A program made the position numbers and the translations under genes. The notes under the pieces were generated by a model that was not told the DNA's origin, made no database searches, and was given only the letters and a program-made list of their open reading frames with translations. Shown here piece after piece: positions 19,519 to 30,200 of a DNA stretch of 64,000 bases. Position 1 is the first letter of the stretch; each line of letters begins with the position of its first letter. This DNA is from an uncultured Verrucomicrobia subdivision 3 bacterium (GTDB lineage Bacteria > Verrucomicrobiota > Verrucomicrobiia > Limisphaerales > UBA11358). The stretch spans positions 24,800 through 88,799 of the forward strand of contig CAISEZ010000142.1 of NCBI GenBank assembly GCA_903884535.1, written 5' to 3'.

Positions 19519-20262
19519 TTATTTTTTCTTCTCGGCCTTCGCTTCGGGCTTGGCTTCGGCTTTCTTGTCGCCGGCCGGTGCTTTCGCATCGCCCTTCGCC
19601 GCCGGCGCTGCGCCCGCTTCGTCTTTCTTTTCCTTCGTCATTTCGACATCGCCCGGAGCCGGAGCAGCCGCGTCGGCGGCTACCGCAATTTCTTCGGTGC
19701 GCGGCGCGGCGACAGAGACGACCGCGATGTGCGAGTCACCCAAAATCTGCACGCCGGGAATCGCCGGGATTTCGCCGATGTGAATGGCCTTGCCGATTTC
19801 GAGGCTGGTGACGTCCAGAACAATTTGTTCCGGCAAATCCTTGGCCGTGGAGCGCACTTTCAATTTGTGCAAAACATGTTCCAGCGTGCCGCCGCCGTTC
19901 TTGACGCCGTTGGCTTCGCCGGTGGTTTCCACCGGGACCATGACGGTCAGAATTTCAGTTTCGCCGACTTCGTGAAAATCAACATGGACGATTTTGCCGT
20001 CGAGCGGATGATGCTGGACTTCCTGCACGAGCGCGAGGCGCTTAGCGCGGGCATCATTTTCCACGGACAAATCCACCAGAATGTTTTCCGAGGCGGAGTG
20101 GTTGAGCAGGTCGGCAAACTCCTTGGAGTTCAGCTCCAGGTTTTGGGGTTTGACCTGACGGCCATAAATGACCGCCGGCACACGACCGCTGGCGCGGAGT
20201 TTTTTGACTTCGGCGCGCTGCACTTGCGAACGTGAAAACGCTTTTAATGCTACTGATTTCAT
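19519..20262 (-). CDS. rplY: 50S ribosomal protein L25 / general stress protein Ctc, with Lys/Ala-rich tail
   Basis: 247 aa with Ctc-type two-domain sequence (..GRVPAVIYGRQVKPQNLELN..). C-terminal tail ..KKAEAKPEAKAEKKK. Confidence 0.85.
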   Translation of the reverse strand: MKSVALKAFSRSQVQRAEVKKLRASGRVPAVIYGRQVKPQNLELNSKEFADLLNHSASENILVDLSVENDARAKRLALVQEVQHHPLDGKIVHVDFHEVGETEILTVMVPVETTGEANGVKNGGGTLEHVLHKLKVRSTAKDLPEQIVLDVTSLEIGKAIHIGEIPAIPGVQILGDSHIAVVSVAAPRTEEIAVAADAAAPAPGDVEMTKEKKDEAGAAPAAKGDAKAPAGDKKAEAKPEAKAEKKK

Positions 20263-20294
20263 TTTTTTCTTAAATTATTTTGTCCGGCGACGCC

Positions 20295-21239
20295 CTAACT
20301 TGTGCGTCCGCCTTTGAATTCAAACAGCGAGTTCACTGACGAATTATTATGAATCCGTTTAATGGCTTCGCCCAAAAGCCCCGCGACAGACAACGTGGTT
20401 ATTTTCAAACCGTCAATCGCAGGGCGTTGGACTGTATCAGTTGTTATGAGTTCGTCAATGGCAGAATTGCGTAATCTTTGGATGCCCGTCTCGCCGAGCA
20501 GCGTGTGCGACACGCAGGCGAGGATTTGCTTGGCGCCTTTCGTCTTCAAAATCGCCGCCGCCGCGGTCAGGGTGCCGGCGGTTTCCGTCAAGTCGTCCAC
20601 CAGCAAAACATTTTTGCCCTCGATCTCGCCGATGACCGCCATGCTCTCCACTTCCGTGGCGCTCTTGCGACGTTTGGCCACGATGGCCAGCTCGGCCTCC
20701 AGCGTCTGCGAATAGGCGTGCGCCATCTTGATGCCGCCCGCGTCCGGGCTGACGACGACGAGATTGGTCAGCGACTTTTTCTTCAAATAATCATACATCA
20801 CCGGCGCGGCATACAAGTGATCCACCGGAATATCAAAAAAACCTTGAATCTGCTGCGCGTGCAAATCCATCGCCAGAATCCGGTTCACGCCGGACGCCAC
20901 CAGTAGGTTCGCGACGAGCTTGGCGGTGATCGGCACGCGCGGTTGGTCTTTTCGGTCCTGACGCGCGTAGCCATAAAACGGCAGCACCGCCGTGATGCGC
21001 ATGGCACTCGCCCGGCGCAAGGCGTCAATGATGATGAACAGCTCCATCAGATTGTGGTTCGTCGGCGGCGAGGTCGGCTGGATGATGAAAATATCCTCGC
21101 CGCGCACATTCTCCTCGATCTTCACAAACGTCTCGCCGTCGGGGAACGGCGTGATGGTGATCTTGCCGAGTTCGCAGCCGATGGATTTGCAGATGGCGCG
21201 AGCCAGCGGCTCGTTGGCGGTGCCGGAGAAAACTTTCAC
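20295..21239 (-). CDS. prs: Ribose-phosphate pyrophosphokinase (PRPP synthetase)
   Basis: 314 aa with GTG start at 21239. DLHAQQIQGFFDIPVDHL and PRPP-binding loop VLLVDDLTETAGTL. Confidence 0.9.
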   Translation of the reverse strand: MKVFSGTANEPLARAICKSIGCELGKITITPFPDGETFVKIEENVRGEDIFIIQPTSPPTNHNLMELFIIIDALRRASAMRITAVLPFYGYARQDRKDQPRVPITAKLVANLLVASGVNRILAMDLHAQQIQGFFDIPVDHLYAAPVMYDYLKKKSLTNLVVVSPDAGGIKMAHAYSQTLEAELAIVAKRRKSATEVESMAVIGEIEGKNVLLVDDLTETAGTLTAAAAILKTKGAKQILACVSHTLLGETGIQRLRNSAIDELITTDTVQRPAIDGLKITTLSVAGLLGEAIKRIHNNSSVNSLFEFKGGRTS

Positions 21240-21259
21240 AGATAAAATAAGTTCGGGTT

Positions 21260-21289
21260 AAAAAACAAAATCCGCCACGACCGGCGGAT
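21260..21289 (-). terminator. Terminator-like hairpin in the 5' leader of prs (attenuator or 3' end of an unannotated sRNA)
   Basis: Minus strand ATCCGCC-GGTCGT-GGCGGAT followed by TTTTGTTTTTT, ending about 20 nt before the prs start. No minus-strand gene lies upstream of it. Confidence 0.5.
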
Positions 21290-21536
21290 GAAAACGTGTC
21301 GAAACTGTAACAACGAAACATGCTGGCGCAAGGGGAAATTATCCACCGCCGCCCGCCGGCGGGCGACAGCGGAAGCCCCACCCCGCGCCCGGCACCCCCG
21401 CTGCAAAGCCACGCCGATATAATTGGGCCAAATTCTTGCGTAAGGGTTTCCCTTACCAGACTAACAATTTCCCTGCGACCCGAATCAGGCATCGCCCCAA
21501 TTGTGGATTTCGGTGGAGTGGCCTTAAATTGCGCTC

Positions 21537-22520
21537 ATGCAGACAATAATTGCTAAACCGATTTCCGCTTCCAATGGCTCAACCCCGGCCGAGAGCGGCC
21601 GCACCACCCCGCTCCCCATGCCCGGCGCGCCCGAAAACGGCAACGGCAACCGGGCACTGGTGGACGCGCTGGTCAACTCGCGGATGTATCGCGACTACGA
21701 ACGCGCGTTTGGCAATCTCACCGGCCTGCCCATCGCTTTGCAGCCGGTCGAAACGTGGCAGTTGCCACACCACGGCAAGCGCAATGAAAACAATCTCTGC
21801 GCGTTGATGTCGCAGAAAAGCCGTGCGTGTGCCGCCTGCCTGCAAGTGCAGGAACACCTGTGCCTCGAAGCCGCCAACGAACCGCACACTATCACCTGCC
21901 CGGTGGGCTTGTCCGATAGCGCCGTGCCGGTGCGCATGAGCGACCGCTTGATCGGCTTTCTGCAAATCGGCCAGGTCTTTCGCAAAAAACCGACCAACGC
22001 GCAGTTTGAAAAAGTGGTCAAGCTGACGGAAAAGTGGGGAATCGAAACCGATCGCGCCACGCTGAAACAGGCGTTTTTTTCCGGCAAGGTGGTCACGCAA
22101 AAGGAACATGATTCCGCCATCAAACTGCTAAGCATCTTTGCGCAACATTTGGCCATGATGAGCAATCAGGTCTTCATCCAGCGCGAAAATGCGGAGCCGC
22201 CGGTCATCGCCAAGGCGCGCGCCTACATCCACGAACACCAGACCGAGGAACTTTCGCTCGGGCAGGTCGCCAAGGCCGTGAACACGAGCAGTTTTTATTT
22301 CTGCAAAATGTTCAAAAAAGTCTGCGGCATCAATTTCACCGACTACGTCGTCCGGGTGCGGATTGAAAAATCCAAAAACCTGCTGCTCAATCCCAATCTC
22401 CGCATCAGCGAAATCGCCTTTGAAGTCGGCTTCCAGTCGCTGACGCATTTCAACCGCGTGTTCAAAAAAATCCTTGGCCAGTCGCCGACGGATTACCGCG
22501 CGCAACTGCTGACGCATTGA
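21537..22520 (+). CDS. AraC-family transcriptional regulator with PocR-like N-terminal sensor domain
   Basis: 327 aa. N-terminal region with a Cys cluster (CALMSQKSRACAACLQVQEHLC..ITCPVGL) as in PocR domains. C-terminal AraC HTH SLGQVAKAVNTSSFYFCKMFKKVCGINFTDYVVRVRIEKSKNLL. Confidence 0.8.
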   Translation: MQTIIAKPISASNGSTPAESGRTTPLPMPGAPENGNGNRALVDALVNSRMYRDYERAFGNLTGLPIALQPVETWQLPHHGKRNENNLCALMSQKSRACAACLQVQEHLCLEAANEPHTITCPVGLSDSAVPVRMSDRLIGFLQIGQVFRKKPTNAQFEKVVKLTEKWGIETDRATLKQAFFSGKVVTQKEHDSAIKLLSIFAQHLAMMSNQVFIQRENAEPPVIAKARAYIHEHQTEELSLGQVAKAVNTSSFYFCKMFKKVCGINFTDYVVRVRIEKSKNLLLNPNLRISEIAFEVGFQSLTHFNRVFKKILGQSPTDYRAQLLTH

Positions 22521-22602
22521 GCGCGTGCCCCGGTCGCCGGTAAAATTAAGCGCCGCGCGGGTCATTTTCGACTCGGCGATTGGCATTGGCTTTGACCGCC
22601 CG

Positions 22603-23709
22603 ATGGCCGACAATTCCGGCGTTACCGGAATGAAGCCAAAACGAAAACCATCCGCCGGGGAAAAGCTGTCCGCGGCCGCCTTGCGCGACAGCGAAGCCCG
22701 GCTGCGCGCCATTCTCGAAACCGCCGTCGAGGGCATCATCACCATCAACGAGCGCGGCATCATCGAATCTTTCAACCGCGCTTCGGAAAATATTTTCGGC
22801 TACACCGCCGCCGAGGTCATCGGCAAAAATGTGAGCGTGCTGATGGCCACGCCGCACCGCGAGCAGCACGATTCGTATCTCCACAATTATCGGGAAACCG
22901 GCCACGCGAAAATCATCGGCATCGGGCGCGAAACTGTTGCCCGCAAAAAAGACGGCACGCTGTTTCCGATGGATTTGTCGGTGAGCGAGGTGAAGCTGAG
23001 CGACCGGCGGTTGTTCACCGGTTTCATCCGCGACATCACGGAACGCAAGCGGCTGGAAAAAGAAAATCTAGAAATCAGCGAGCGCGAGCAGCGGCGCATC
23101 GGCCAGGATTTGCACGACGGTTTATGCCAGCAACTCGCGGGCATCGAAATGTTGAGCCAGGTGCTGGCGAAAAAACTCGCGCCGAACGCGAAGGCGGCAG
23201 CGGCCCGCGCCCAGGACATCGCCGGTGCCGTGCGCGCGGCCATCAGCCAGACGCGGTTGCTGGCGCGCGGACTTTCGCCCGTCACGCTCGAAGCGGAGGG
23301 CCTGATGGCCGCGCTGGCGGAACTGGCGTTGAACACGGAAAAAATGTTCCATGTCCGCTGTGAATTCATCTGTGCGGAAACCGTGAAATTCCCCGACCAC
23401 GCGGCGGCGACGCATTTATTCCGCATCGCGCAGGAGGCGGTCTCCAACGCCATCAAACACGGCCACGCGAAGAAAATTTCCATCCGGCTCGCCGCCGGCG
23501 CGGAGCAACTGCAACTGAGCGTGCAGGATAACGGCTCCGGTTTTCCCGAAAAAAAATCACACGGCCAGGGCATGGGCCTGCGCATCATGCAATCCCGCAT
23601 CGGCATGGTCGGCGGCACTTTGAGAATTGAAAACCTGCGCGGCGGCGGCGTGACCGTGAGCTGCACCGCGCCCAAAAATTCCGGCACCGCCCATGGCTGC
23701 AAAAAGTAA
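22603..23709 (+). CDS. PAS-domain sensor histidine kinase (HisKA_3/NarX-type), cytoplasmic
   Basis: ORF 22525..23709. Start chosen at ATG 22603 (MADNSG..) and is uncertain. PAS (LRAILETAVEGIITINERGIIESFN), H-box RIGQDLHDGLCQQLAG, ATPase NAIKHG / DNGSGF. Confidence 0.8.
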   Translation: MADNSGVTGMKPKRKPSAGEKLSAAALRDSEARLRAILETAVEGIITINERGIIESFNRASENIFGYTAAEVIGKNVSVLMATPHREQHDSYLHNYRETGHAKIIGIGRETVARKKDGTLFPMDLSVSEVKLSDRRLFTGFIRDITERKRLEKENLEISEREQRRIGQDLHDGLCQQLAGIEMLSQVLAKKLAPNAKAAAARAQDIAGAVRAAISQTRLLARGLSPVTLEAEGLMAALAELALNTEKMFHVRCEFICAETVKFPDHAAATHLFRIAQEAVSNAIKHGHAKKISIRLAAGAEQLQLSVQDNGSGFPEKKSHGQGMGLRIMQSRIGMVGGTLRIENLRGGGVTVSCTAPKNSGTAHGCKK

Positions 23710-24367
23710 ATCTTCCGCCAAGCGCCTGCTCATCGTGGACGATCACCCGATGATGCGCCACGGGCTGGCGCAGTTGATCGGCACCGAGCCGGATTTGAAA
23801 GTGGTGGCCGAAGCGGACACCGCCGGGCAGGCGCTCGCCGTCGTCACCAAAAATCCGTTTGACCTCGCGTTGCTCGACATTTCCCTGCCCGACAAAAACG
23901 GGCTGGAACTCATCAAGGATCTGCTGGCGGTGCGGCCCGGCCTGTTGATTCTCGTCGTCTCGATGCACGATGAAATGATTTATGCGGAACGCGTGCTGCG
24001 CGCCGGCGGCCGGGGTTACATCATGAAACAGGCGGGCGGCGAAAAATTTCTGCACGCCATTCACCAAGTGCTGGCCGGCCAGATTTACGTCAGCGAAAAA
24101 ATGTCGGCGCGCATTTTGGAAATTTTTTCCGGCCACGCGGCTAACCACGACGGCTCGCCGGCGCAAACTCTCTCCGACCGCGAATTTGAAGTGTTCGAGC
24201 TCATCGGTCAGGGCATCGGCACGCGCGACATCGCCGGGCAACTGCATTTAAGCGTGAAGACCGTGGAGGTGCATCGCGCCAACATCAAAAAGAAATTGAA
24301 TTTGAAAACGGCGCCGGATCTCGTCCGCCAAGCCGTCCGCTGGTTCGACTCCAAGAACCAGCCCTAA
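23693..24367 (+). CDS. LuxR/NarL-family response regulator
   Basis: 224 aa. Receiver RLLIVDDHPMM..DLALLDISLPD and LuxR HTH LSDREFEVFELIGQGIGTRDIAGQLHLSVKTVEVHRANIKKKL. Overlaps the kinase gene by 17 nt. Confidence 0.9.
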   Translation: MAAKSKSSAKRLLIVDDHPMMRHGLAQLIGTEPDLKVVAEADTAGQALAVVTKNPFDLALLDISLPDKNGLELIKDLLAVRPGLLILVVSMHDEMIYAERVLRAGGRGYIMKQAGGEKFLHAIHQVLAGQIYVSEKMSARILEIFSGHAANHDGSPAQTLSDREFEVFELIGQGIGTRDIAGQLHLSVKTVEVHRANIKKKLNLKTAPDLVRQAVRWFDSKNQP

Positions 24368-24494
24368 TGTCCGGCTGAGTTCGTTCACCCTTGATTGTTG
24401 GATGGGCAACAATAAACGGTGATGATTTGCCAATTGGCGAGAAGTTTCAGCTTCGTTTGCGTGTCATTTTTCTTCTGTCAGACAAAAAGAATTT

Positions 24495-27251
24495 ATGACC
24501 AAGCCCGCATCTGCCATTTCGACCATCGAATCCGCCCACGACATTCTCGGCCAGCATCACCGGCGCGGACTGCACCCCATCCTCGCGCCCAAAAGCATCG
24601 CCGTCATCGGCGCGACGGAACGCAAACGCAGCGTCGGCCGCACGGTGATGACCAACCTGATTGAAGGCGGTTTTGCCGGTAAAATTTTTCCGGTCAATCC
24701 GATCCAAGAGACGATTCTCGGCCGGCACGCTTATCCAAACGTGGCCGCGCTGCCGGAAAGGCCGGACCTCGCCGTCATCATCACGCCGCCGAAAACCGTG
24801 CCAGGCATCATCAAGGAATGCGCGGCCGCCGGCATTCCCGGCGCGATCATTATCTCAGCCGGTTTCAAGGAAATCGGTCCGGAGGGCGCGGCGCTGGAAC
24901 AGCAGGTTTTGGAAGAAGCGCGGCGCGGCCACATGCGCATTGTCGGCCCGAACTGCCTGGGCGTGATGGTGCCGGGTTTGAAATTCAACGCCACGTTCGC
25001 CGCCGACATGGCAAAGCCGGGCAGTGTCGGATTTTTAAGCCAGAGCGGCGCGCTCTGCACGGCGATTCTCGATTGGAGCCTGAAGGAAAATGTCGGCTTT
25101 AGCGCGTTCGTCTCGCTTGGCTCCATGCTCGATGTCGGCTGGGGCGATTTGATTTATCATCTCGGCGACGATCCGAATACGAAAAGCATTGTCATCTACA
25201 TGGAATCCATTGGCGATGCGCGGGCGTTTTTGTCCGCCGCGCGCGAAGTGGCGCTGACGAAACCGATCATCATCATCAAGCCCGGCCGCACCGAGGCCGC
25301 CGCGAAAGCCGCCGCGTCGCACACCGGCTCGCTCACCGGCAGCGATGAAGTGCTGCAAGCGGCATTCCAGCGCGTCGGCGTTTTGCGCGTGGACACCATT
25401 TCCGAATTGTTCGACATGGCCGAAGTGCTCGCCAAACAGCCGCGCCCGAAAGGTCCGCGCCTGACGATTGTGACCAATGCCGGCGGCCCCGGCGTGCTCG
25501 CCACGGACATGCTCATCGGCAGCGGCGCGCAGCTCGCCGATTTGACGCCGGAGACGATGGCGGCGCTGAATCAGATTTTGCCGCCGACGTGGAGCCACAA
25601 CAATCCGGTGGACGTGATCGGCGATGCCGGCCCGGAAATTTACGCGAAGGCCGTGGACATTACGGCAAAAGATCCAAACACGGACGGTCTGCTGGTCATT
25701 CTCACGCCGCAGGCGATGACGGATCCGACGGCGACCGCCGAAGAGCTCAAGCCGTTTGCGCACATCGAGGGCAAGCCGATCATCGCGAGCTGGATGGGCG
25801 TCGGCCAGGTCGAAGCGGGCGAAAACATTCTCAACGCGGCGAACATTCCGACCTTCAAATATCCCGACCGCGCGGCGAAGGCGTTTTATTACATGTGGGC
25901 TTATAGCGACAACCTGCGGTCGCTTTATGAAACGCCGTCCGCGCCAACGCAATTCGCCCGCGGCGAGATTGACCGGGAGCACGCGGAAAAAATCATTGCC
26001 GAAGTGCGCAAAGCCGGGCGCACGATCCTGACGGAATTTGAATCCAAAAAACTTCTGGCCGCTTACGGCATCCCGACGGTCGAAACGCACATCGCGCTCA
26101 CGGAAAATGACGCGGTGAAGGAAGCCGCGCGCCTTGGTTTTCCGGTCGTGCTGAAATTGCATTCTGAAACCATCACGCACAAAACCGATGTCGGCGGCGT
26201 GCAATTGAATCTGCGCACCGCCTCCGCCGTCCGGCAGGCGTGGCGGGTGATCGAAACGTCGTGCGCCAAAAAAGCCGGCAAAGAACATTTCTGCGGTGTC
26301 ACCGTGCAGCCGATGATCAAACTTGAAGGTTATGAATTGATTATTGGCAGCAGTATTGATCCGCAATTCGGCCCGGTGCTGCTCTTCGGCACCGGCGGAC
26401 AATTGGTGGAAGTTTTCAAAGACCGCGCGCTCGCGCTGCCGCCGCTGAACGCCACGCTCGCGCGGCGCATGATGGAACGCACGAAAATTTTCACCGCGCT
26501 CAAAGGCGTGCGCGGTCGCAAGGCCACGGACATCGCCGCGCTCGAACAATTGCTCGTGCGATTCAGCCAACTCGTCGTCGAGCAGCCGTGGATCGCGGAG
26601 ATTGACATCAATCCTCTGCTCGCCTCGACGGAACGGATTTTTGCGCTCGACGCGCGCGTCGTCCTGCACGATCCGAAAACGCCGGAAGATAAATTGCCCA
26701 AGCCCGCCATCCGGCCATATCCGGTGCAATATGTCATGCCGTGGAAATTAAAAAACAAGGCGCCGGTGACCATTCGCCCAATTCGTCCCGAAGACGAACC
26801 GGAAATGGTGAAGTTCCACGAGACGCTGTCCGAGGAAAGCGTTTATCACCGCTATTTCAGCGCGCTGAACCTGTCGCAGCGCATCACGCACGAACGACTG
26901 ACGCGCATTTGCTTCAATGATTACGACCGTGAAATCGCGCTGGTCGCCGAATTGAAACCGGCGAAGGATGACGATGAAAAATTGATTCTCGGCGTCGGGC
27001 GGTTGAGCAAGCAGCACGGCGCGAACGAGGCGGAATTCGCACTGCTCATCAACGACCACTGGCAAAATCTCGGTCTAGGACTTGAATTGCTCAAGCAACT
27101 CATCGCCGTGGGCCGCGCCGAAAAACTGGACCGCATCAACGGCACAATTCTCACCGACAACCATGCCATGCAGCACATCTGCAAAAAGCTCGGCTTCAAA
27201 ATGGTGGCCGACGACGACAACCGCACCTGCACCGCCCAATTCAATTTTTAA
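24495..27251 (+). CDS. Acetyl-CoA synthetase (ADP-forming, fused alpha/beta) with C-terminal GNAT acetyltransferase domain (Pat-like architecture)
   Basis: 918 aa. CoA-binding start [18 protein letters not shown], phosphohistidine-type motif [14 protein letters not shown]-grasp region, C-terminal [33 protein letters not shown]. Confidence 0.8.
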   Translation: MTKPASAISTIESAHDILGQHHRRGLHPILAPKSIAVIGATERKRSVGRTVMTNLIEGGFAGKIFPVNPIQETILGRHAYPNVAALPERPDLAVIITPPKTVPGIIKECAAAGIPGAIIISAGFKEIGPEGAALEQQVLEEARRGHMRIVGPNCLGVMVPGLKFNATFAADMAKPGSVGFLSQSGALCTAILDWSLKENVGFSAFVSLGSMLDVGWGDLIYHLGDDPNTKSIVIYMESIGDARAFLSAAREVALTKPIIIIKPGRTEAAAKAAASHTGSLTGSDEVLQAAFQRVGVLRVDTISELFDMAEVLAKQPRPKGPRLTIVTNAGGPGVLATDMLIGSGAQLADLTPETMAALNQILPPTWSHNNPVDVIGDAGPEIYAKAVDITAKDPNTDGLLVILTPQAMTDPTATAEELKPFAHIEGKPIIASWMGVGQVEAGENILNAANIPTFKYPDRAAKAFYYMWAYSDNLRSLYETPSAPTQFARGEIDREHAEKIIAEVRKAGRTILTEFESKKLLAAYGIPTVETHIALTENDAVKEAARLGFPVVLKLHSETITHKTDVGGVQLNLRTASAVRQAWRVIETSCAKKAGKEHFCGVTVQPMIKLEGYELIIGSSIDPQFGPVLLFGTGGQLVEVFKDRALALPPLNATLARRMMERTKIFTALKGVRGRKATDIAALEQLLVRFSQLVVEQPWIAEIDINPLLASTERIFALDARVVLHDPKTPEDKLPKPAIRPYPVQYVMPWKLKNKAPVTIRPIRPEDEPEMVKFHETLSEESVYHRYFSALNLSQRITHERLTRICFNDYDREIALVAELKPAKDDDEKLILGVGRLSKQHGANEAEFALLINDHWQNLGLGLELLKQLIAVGRAEKLDRINGTILTDNHAMQHICKKLGFKMVADDDNRTCTAQFNF

Positions 27252-27255
27252 TGCC

Positions 27256-30200
27256 ATGAAATATCCGCGCGTTTTCAAAACCATTGACGGCTGCGAGGCC
27301 GCCGCCTACGTCGCCTACCGTCTCAACGAAGCGATGGCGATTTATCCCATCACGCCGTCGTCGCCCATTGCCGAGTGGTGCGACCAGTGGGCGTCCGAAG
27401 GCAAAAAAAATATCTGGGACACGCAGCCGGCCATTATCGAAATGCAAAGCGAAGGCGGAGCCGTCGGCGCGGTCCATGGCATGTTGCAGACCGGTTCCAT
27501 CAGCACGACGTTCACGGCGTCGCAGGGTTTGCTGCTGATGATTCCGAACATGTTCAAGTTCGCCGGCGAATTGCTGCCGACGGTTTTTCACGTCACCGCG
27601 CGCACGGTGGCCACGCACGCGCTTTCGATTTTCGGCGATCACAGCGACATCATGGCGTGCCGCTCGACCGGCTGGGGAATGCTTGGCGCGGCGTCCGTCC
27701 AGGAGACGATGGATTTTGCTTTAATTTCGCAGGCGGCTTCGCTGCGATCGCGCCTGCCGTTCATTCATTTTTTCGACGGCTTCCGGACGTCGCACGAAGT
27801 TTCCAAGATTGAAATGCTCGACGAGGCGGTGTTGCGTGCGCTGATTGACGACAAAATCATTGCGCAAATCCGCGCCCGCGCGATGTCGCCGGACCAGCCG
27901 GTGCTGCGCGGCACGGCGCAAAATCCCGACGCCTTTTTTCAAGGCCGCGAGGCGGCGAATAGTTTTTACACCGCGTGTCCCGACATCGTGCAGAAAGTCA
28001 TGGACGAATTTGCGGAGCAGACCGGGCGCAAATACCAATTATTTGATTACGTCGGCGCGCCGGATGCCGAGAATGTCATTGTTCTGATGGGTTCCGGCTG
28101 CGAAGCGGCCGAGGAAGCCGTGGAACACCTGAATCGCCATGGCGAAAATGTCGGCGTGCTCAAAGTGCGCTTGTATCGGCCATTCGATGGCAAACGCTTT
28201 GTCGAAGCACTGCCGCCGTTCGTCCGCAAAATCGCCGTGCTGGACCGCACCAAAGAACCGGGCGCAATGGGCGAACCGCTTTACCAGGATTGTCTCACGG
28301 CAATTCTTGAGGAAATGTCCGCCGGACGTTCGCATCTGAAATTTCTGCCCAAAATCATCACCGGCCGCTACGGTTTGTCGTCCAAGGAATTCACACCGGC
28401 GATGGTCAAGGCGGTGCTCGACAATCTGGCGAGCGATGCTTCCATCAATCATTTCACCGTCGGCATCAACGACGACGTTTCGCACACCAGCCTGCCGTTC
28501 GACGCGAATTTTTCCACCGAGGCGGACAATGTGGTGCGCGCCTTGTTTTACGGCCTCGGCGCTGACGGCACGGTCGGCGCGAATAAAAATTCCATCAAGA
28601 TCATCGGCGAAGAAACGGAAAACTACGCGCAGGGTTATTTCGTTTATGACTCAAAAAAATCGGGTTCGATGACGGTGTCGCATTTGCGCTTCGGGCCGAA
28701 ACCAATTCACTCGACGTATTTAATTTCCAGCGCGAACTTCATCGCGTGTCATCTGCCGGGATTTTTGGACCGTTACGAAATGTTGCGCAGCCTGGTGACC
28801 GGTGGAACCTTCTTGCTGAATACGCCTCACACCAAAGACGAAATCTGGGCGCAACTGCCGTCGCCGGTGCAAGCCACCTTGCTTGAAAAGAAGGCCAAAT
28901 TCTTCGTGATTGACGCCACCAAGGTCGCACGCGATAGCGGCATGGGCGGCCGCATCAACACGATTATGCAAGTTTGTTTCTTCGCGCTCTCCGGCGTGCT
29001 GCCGAAGGACGAGGCGATTGACGCGATCAAAAATTCCATCAAAAAAACCTACGGCAAAAAAGGCGAGGAAGTCGTAAAGATGAACTTGCAGGCCGTGGAC
29101 AACACGCTCGCGCATTTGCACGAAGTCGCGGTGTTGAACAGCAAGTTGAACGGCACGGGCGCATTGCTGCCGCCGATTTCGCCGGAAGCTCCGACTTTTG
29201 TGCGCGACGTGCTCGGCAAACTCGCCTCCGGTTTTGGCGACGAACTGCCGGTCAGCGCGTTTCCGCTGGACGGTTCGTTCCCGACCGGCACGGCGCAGTT
29301 TGAAAAACGCAATCTCGCGCTGGACATACCGGTGTGGGACGAAAAGGTTTGCATCCAGTGCCTGAAGTGCGTGGCGATTTGTCCGCACGCGACCATCCGG
29401 GCCAAAGTTTATGACGCGACGGAATTGAAAAATGTGCCGGCGACGTTCAAGGTCACCGACGCGCGCGTGCCGGAATTCAAGGGCTTGAAATTTTCGCTGC
29501 AAGTCGCGGCGGAAGATTGCACCGGCTGCGCGTTGTGCGTGGATGTCTGTCCGGCGCGCAACAAAACCGAGTCAAAATTAAAGGCCATCAACATGCGGCC
29601 GCAGGCGCCGCTGCGCGCGGCGGAGCACGACAACTGGAATTACTTTTTGACGCTGCCAGAATTTGACCGGCGCAAAATCAAGACGACCACGCTGCGCCAG
29701 CAGCAGATTTTACAGCCGCTGTTTGAGTTCAGCGGCGCGTGCGCGGGCTGCGGCGAGACGCCGTATATCAAGATGCTCACGCAGTTGTTCGGCGACCGCG
29801 CGGTCATCGCCAACGCCACGGGCTGCTCCTCGATTTACGGCGGCAACCTGCCGACGACACCTTACACAAAAAACTCCCAAGGCCGTGGGCCGACGTGGTG
29901 CAATTCATTGTTTGAGGACAACGCGGAGTTCGGTCTCGGTTTCCGCGTCTCGATTGACAAGCAAAAGGAATTCGCGGAAGAACTGGTGAAAAAACTCGCC
30001 GCGCAAATCGGCGACGATCTGGCCACGCAGATTTTGTTCGCCGACCAAAGCGACGAGGCGGGCATTTACGACCAGCGTGAACGCGTCGTAGCGTTGAAGC
30101 TGAAATTGCAGAAGCTGGATTCACCGGAAGCGAAGCTGCTGGTTCCGCTCGTGGATCAGCTCGTGAAAAAGAGCGTGTGGATTCTCGGCGGCGACGGCTG

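Noticed and set aside
25035-26729. 564-aa minus-strand ORF inside the ACS-GNAT gene
   Set aside because: Antisense shadow ORF of a high-GC gene with no motifs and extreme Arg/Gly/Ala content. The sense frame carries clear CoA-ligase/GNAT motifs.
27082-27255. 58-codon N-terminal extension of the PFOR ORF
   Set aside because: It overlaps the 3' end of the ACS-GNAT gene in another frame. The canonical PFOR N-terminus (MKYPRVFKTIDGCEAAAYVAY..) begins at the ATG at 27256.
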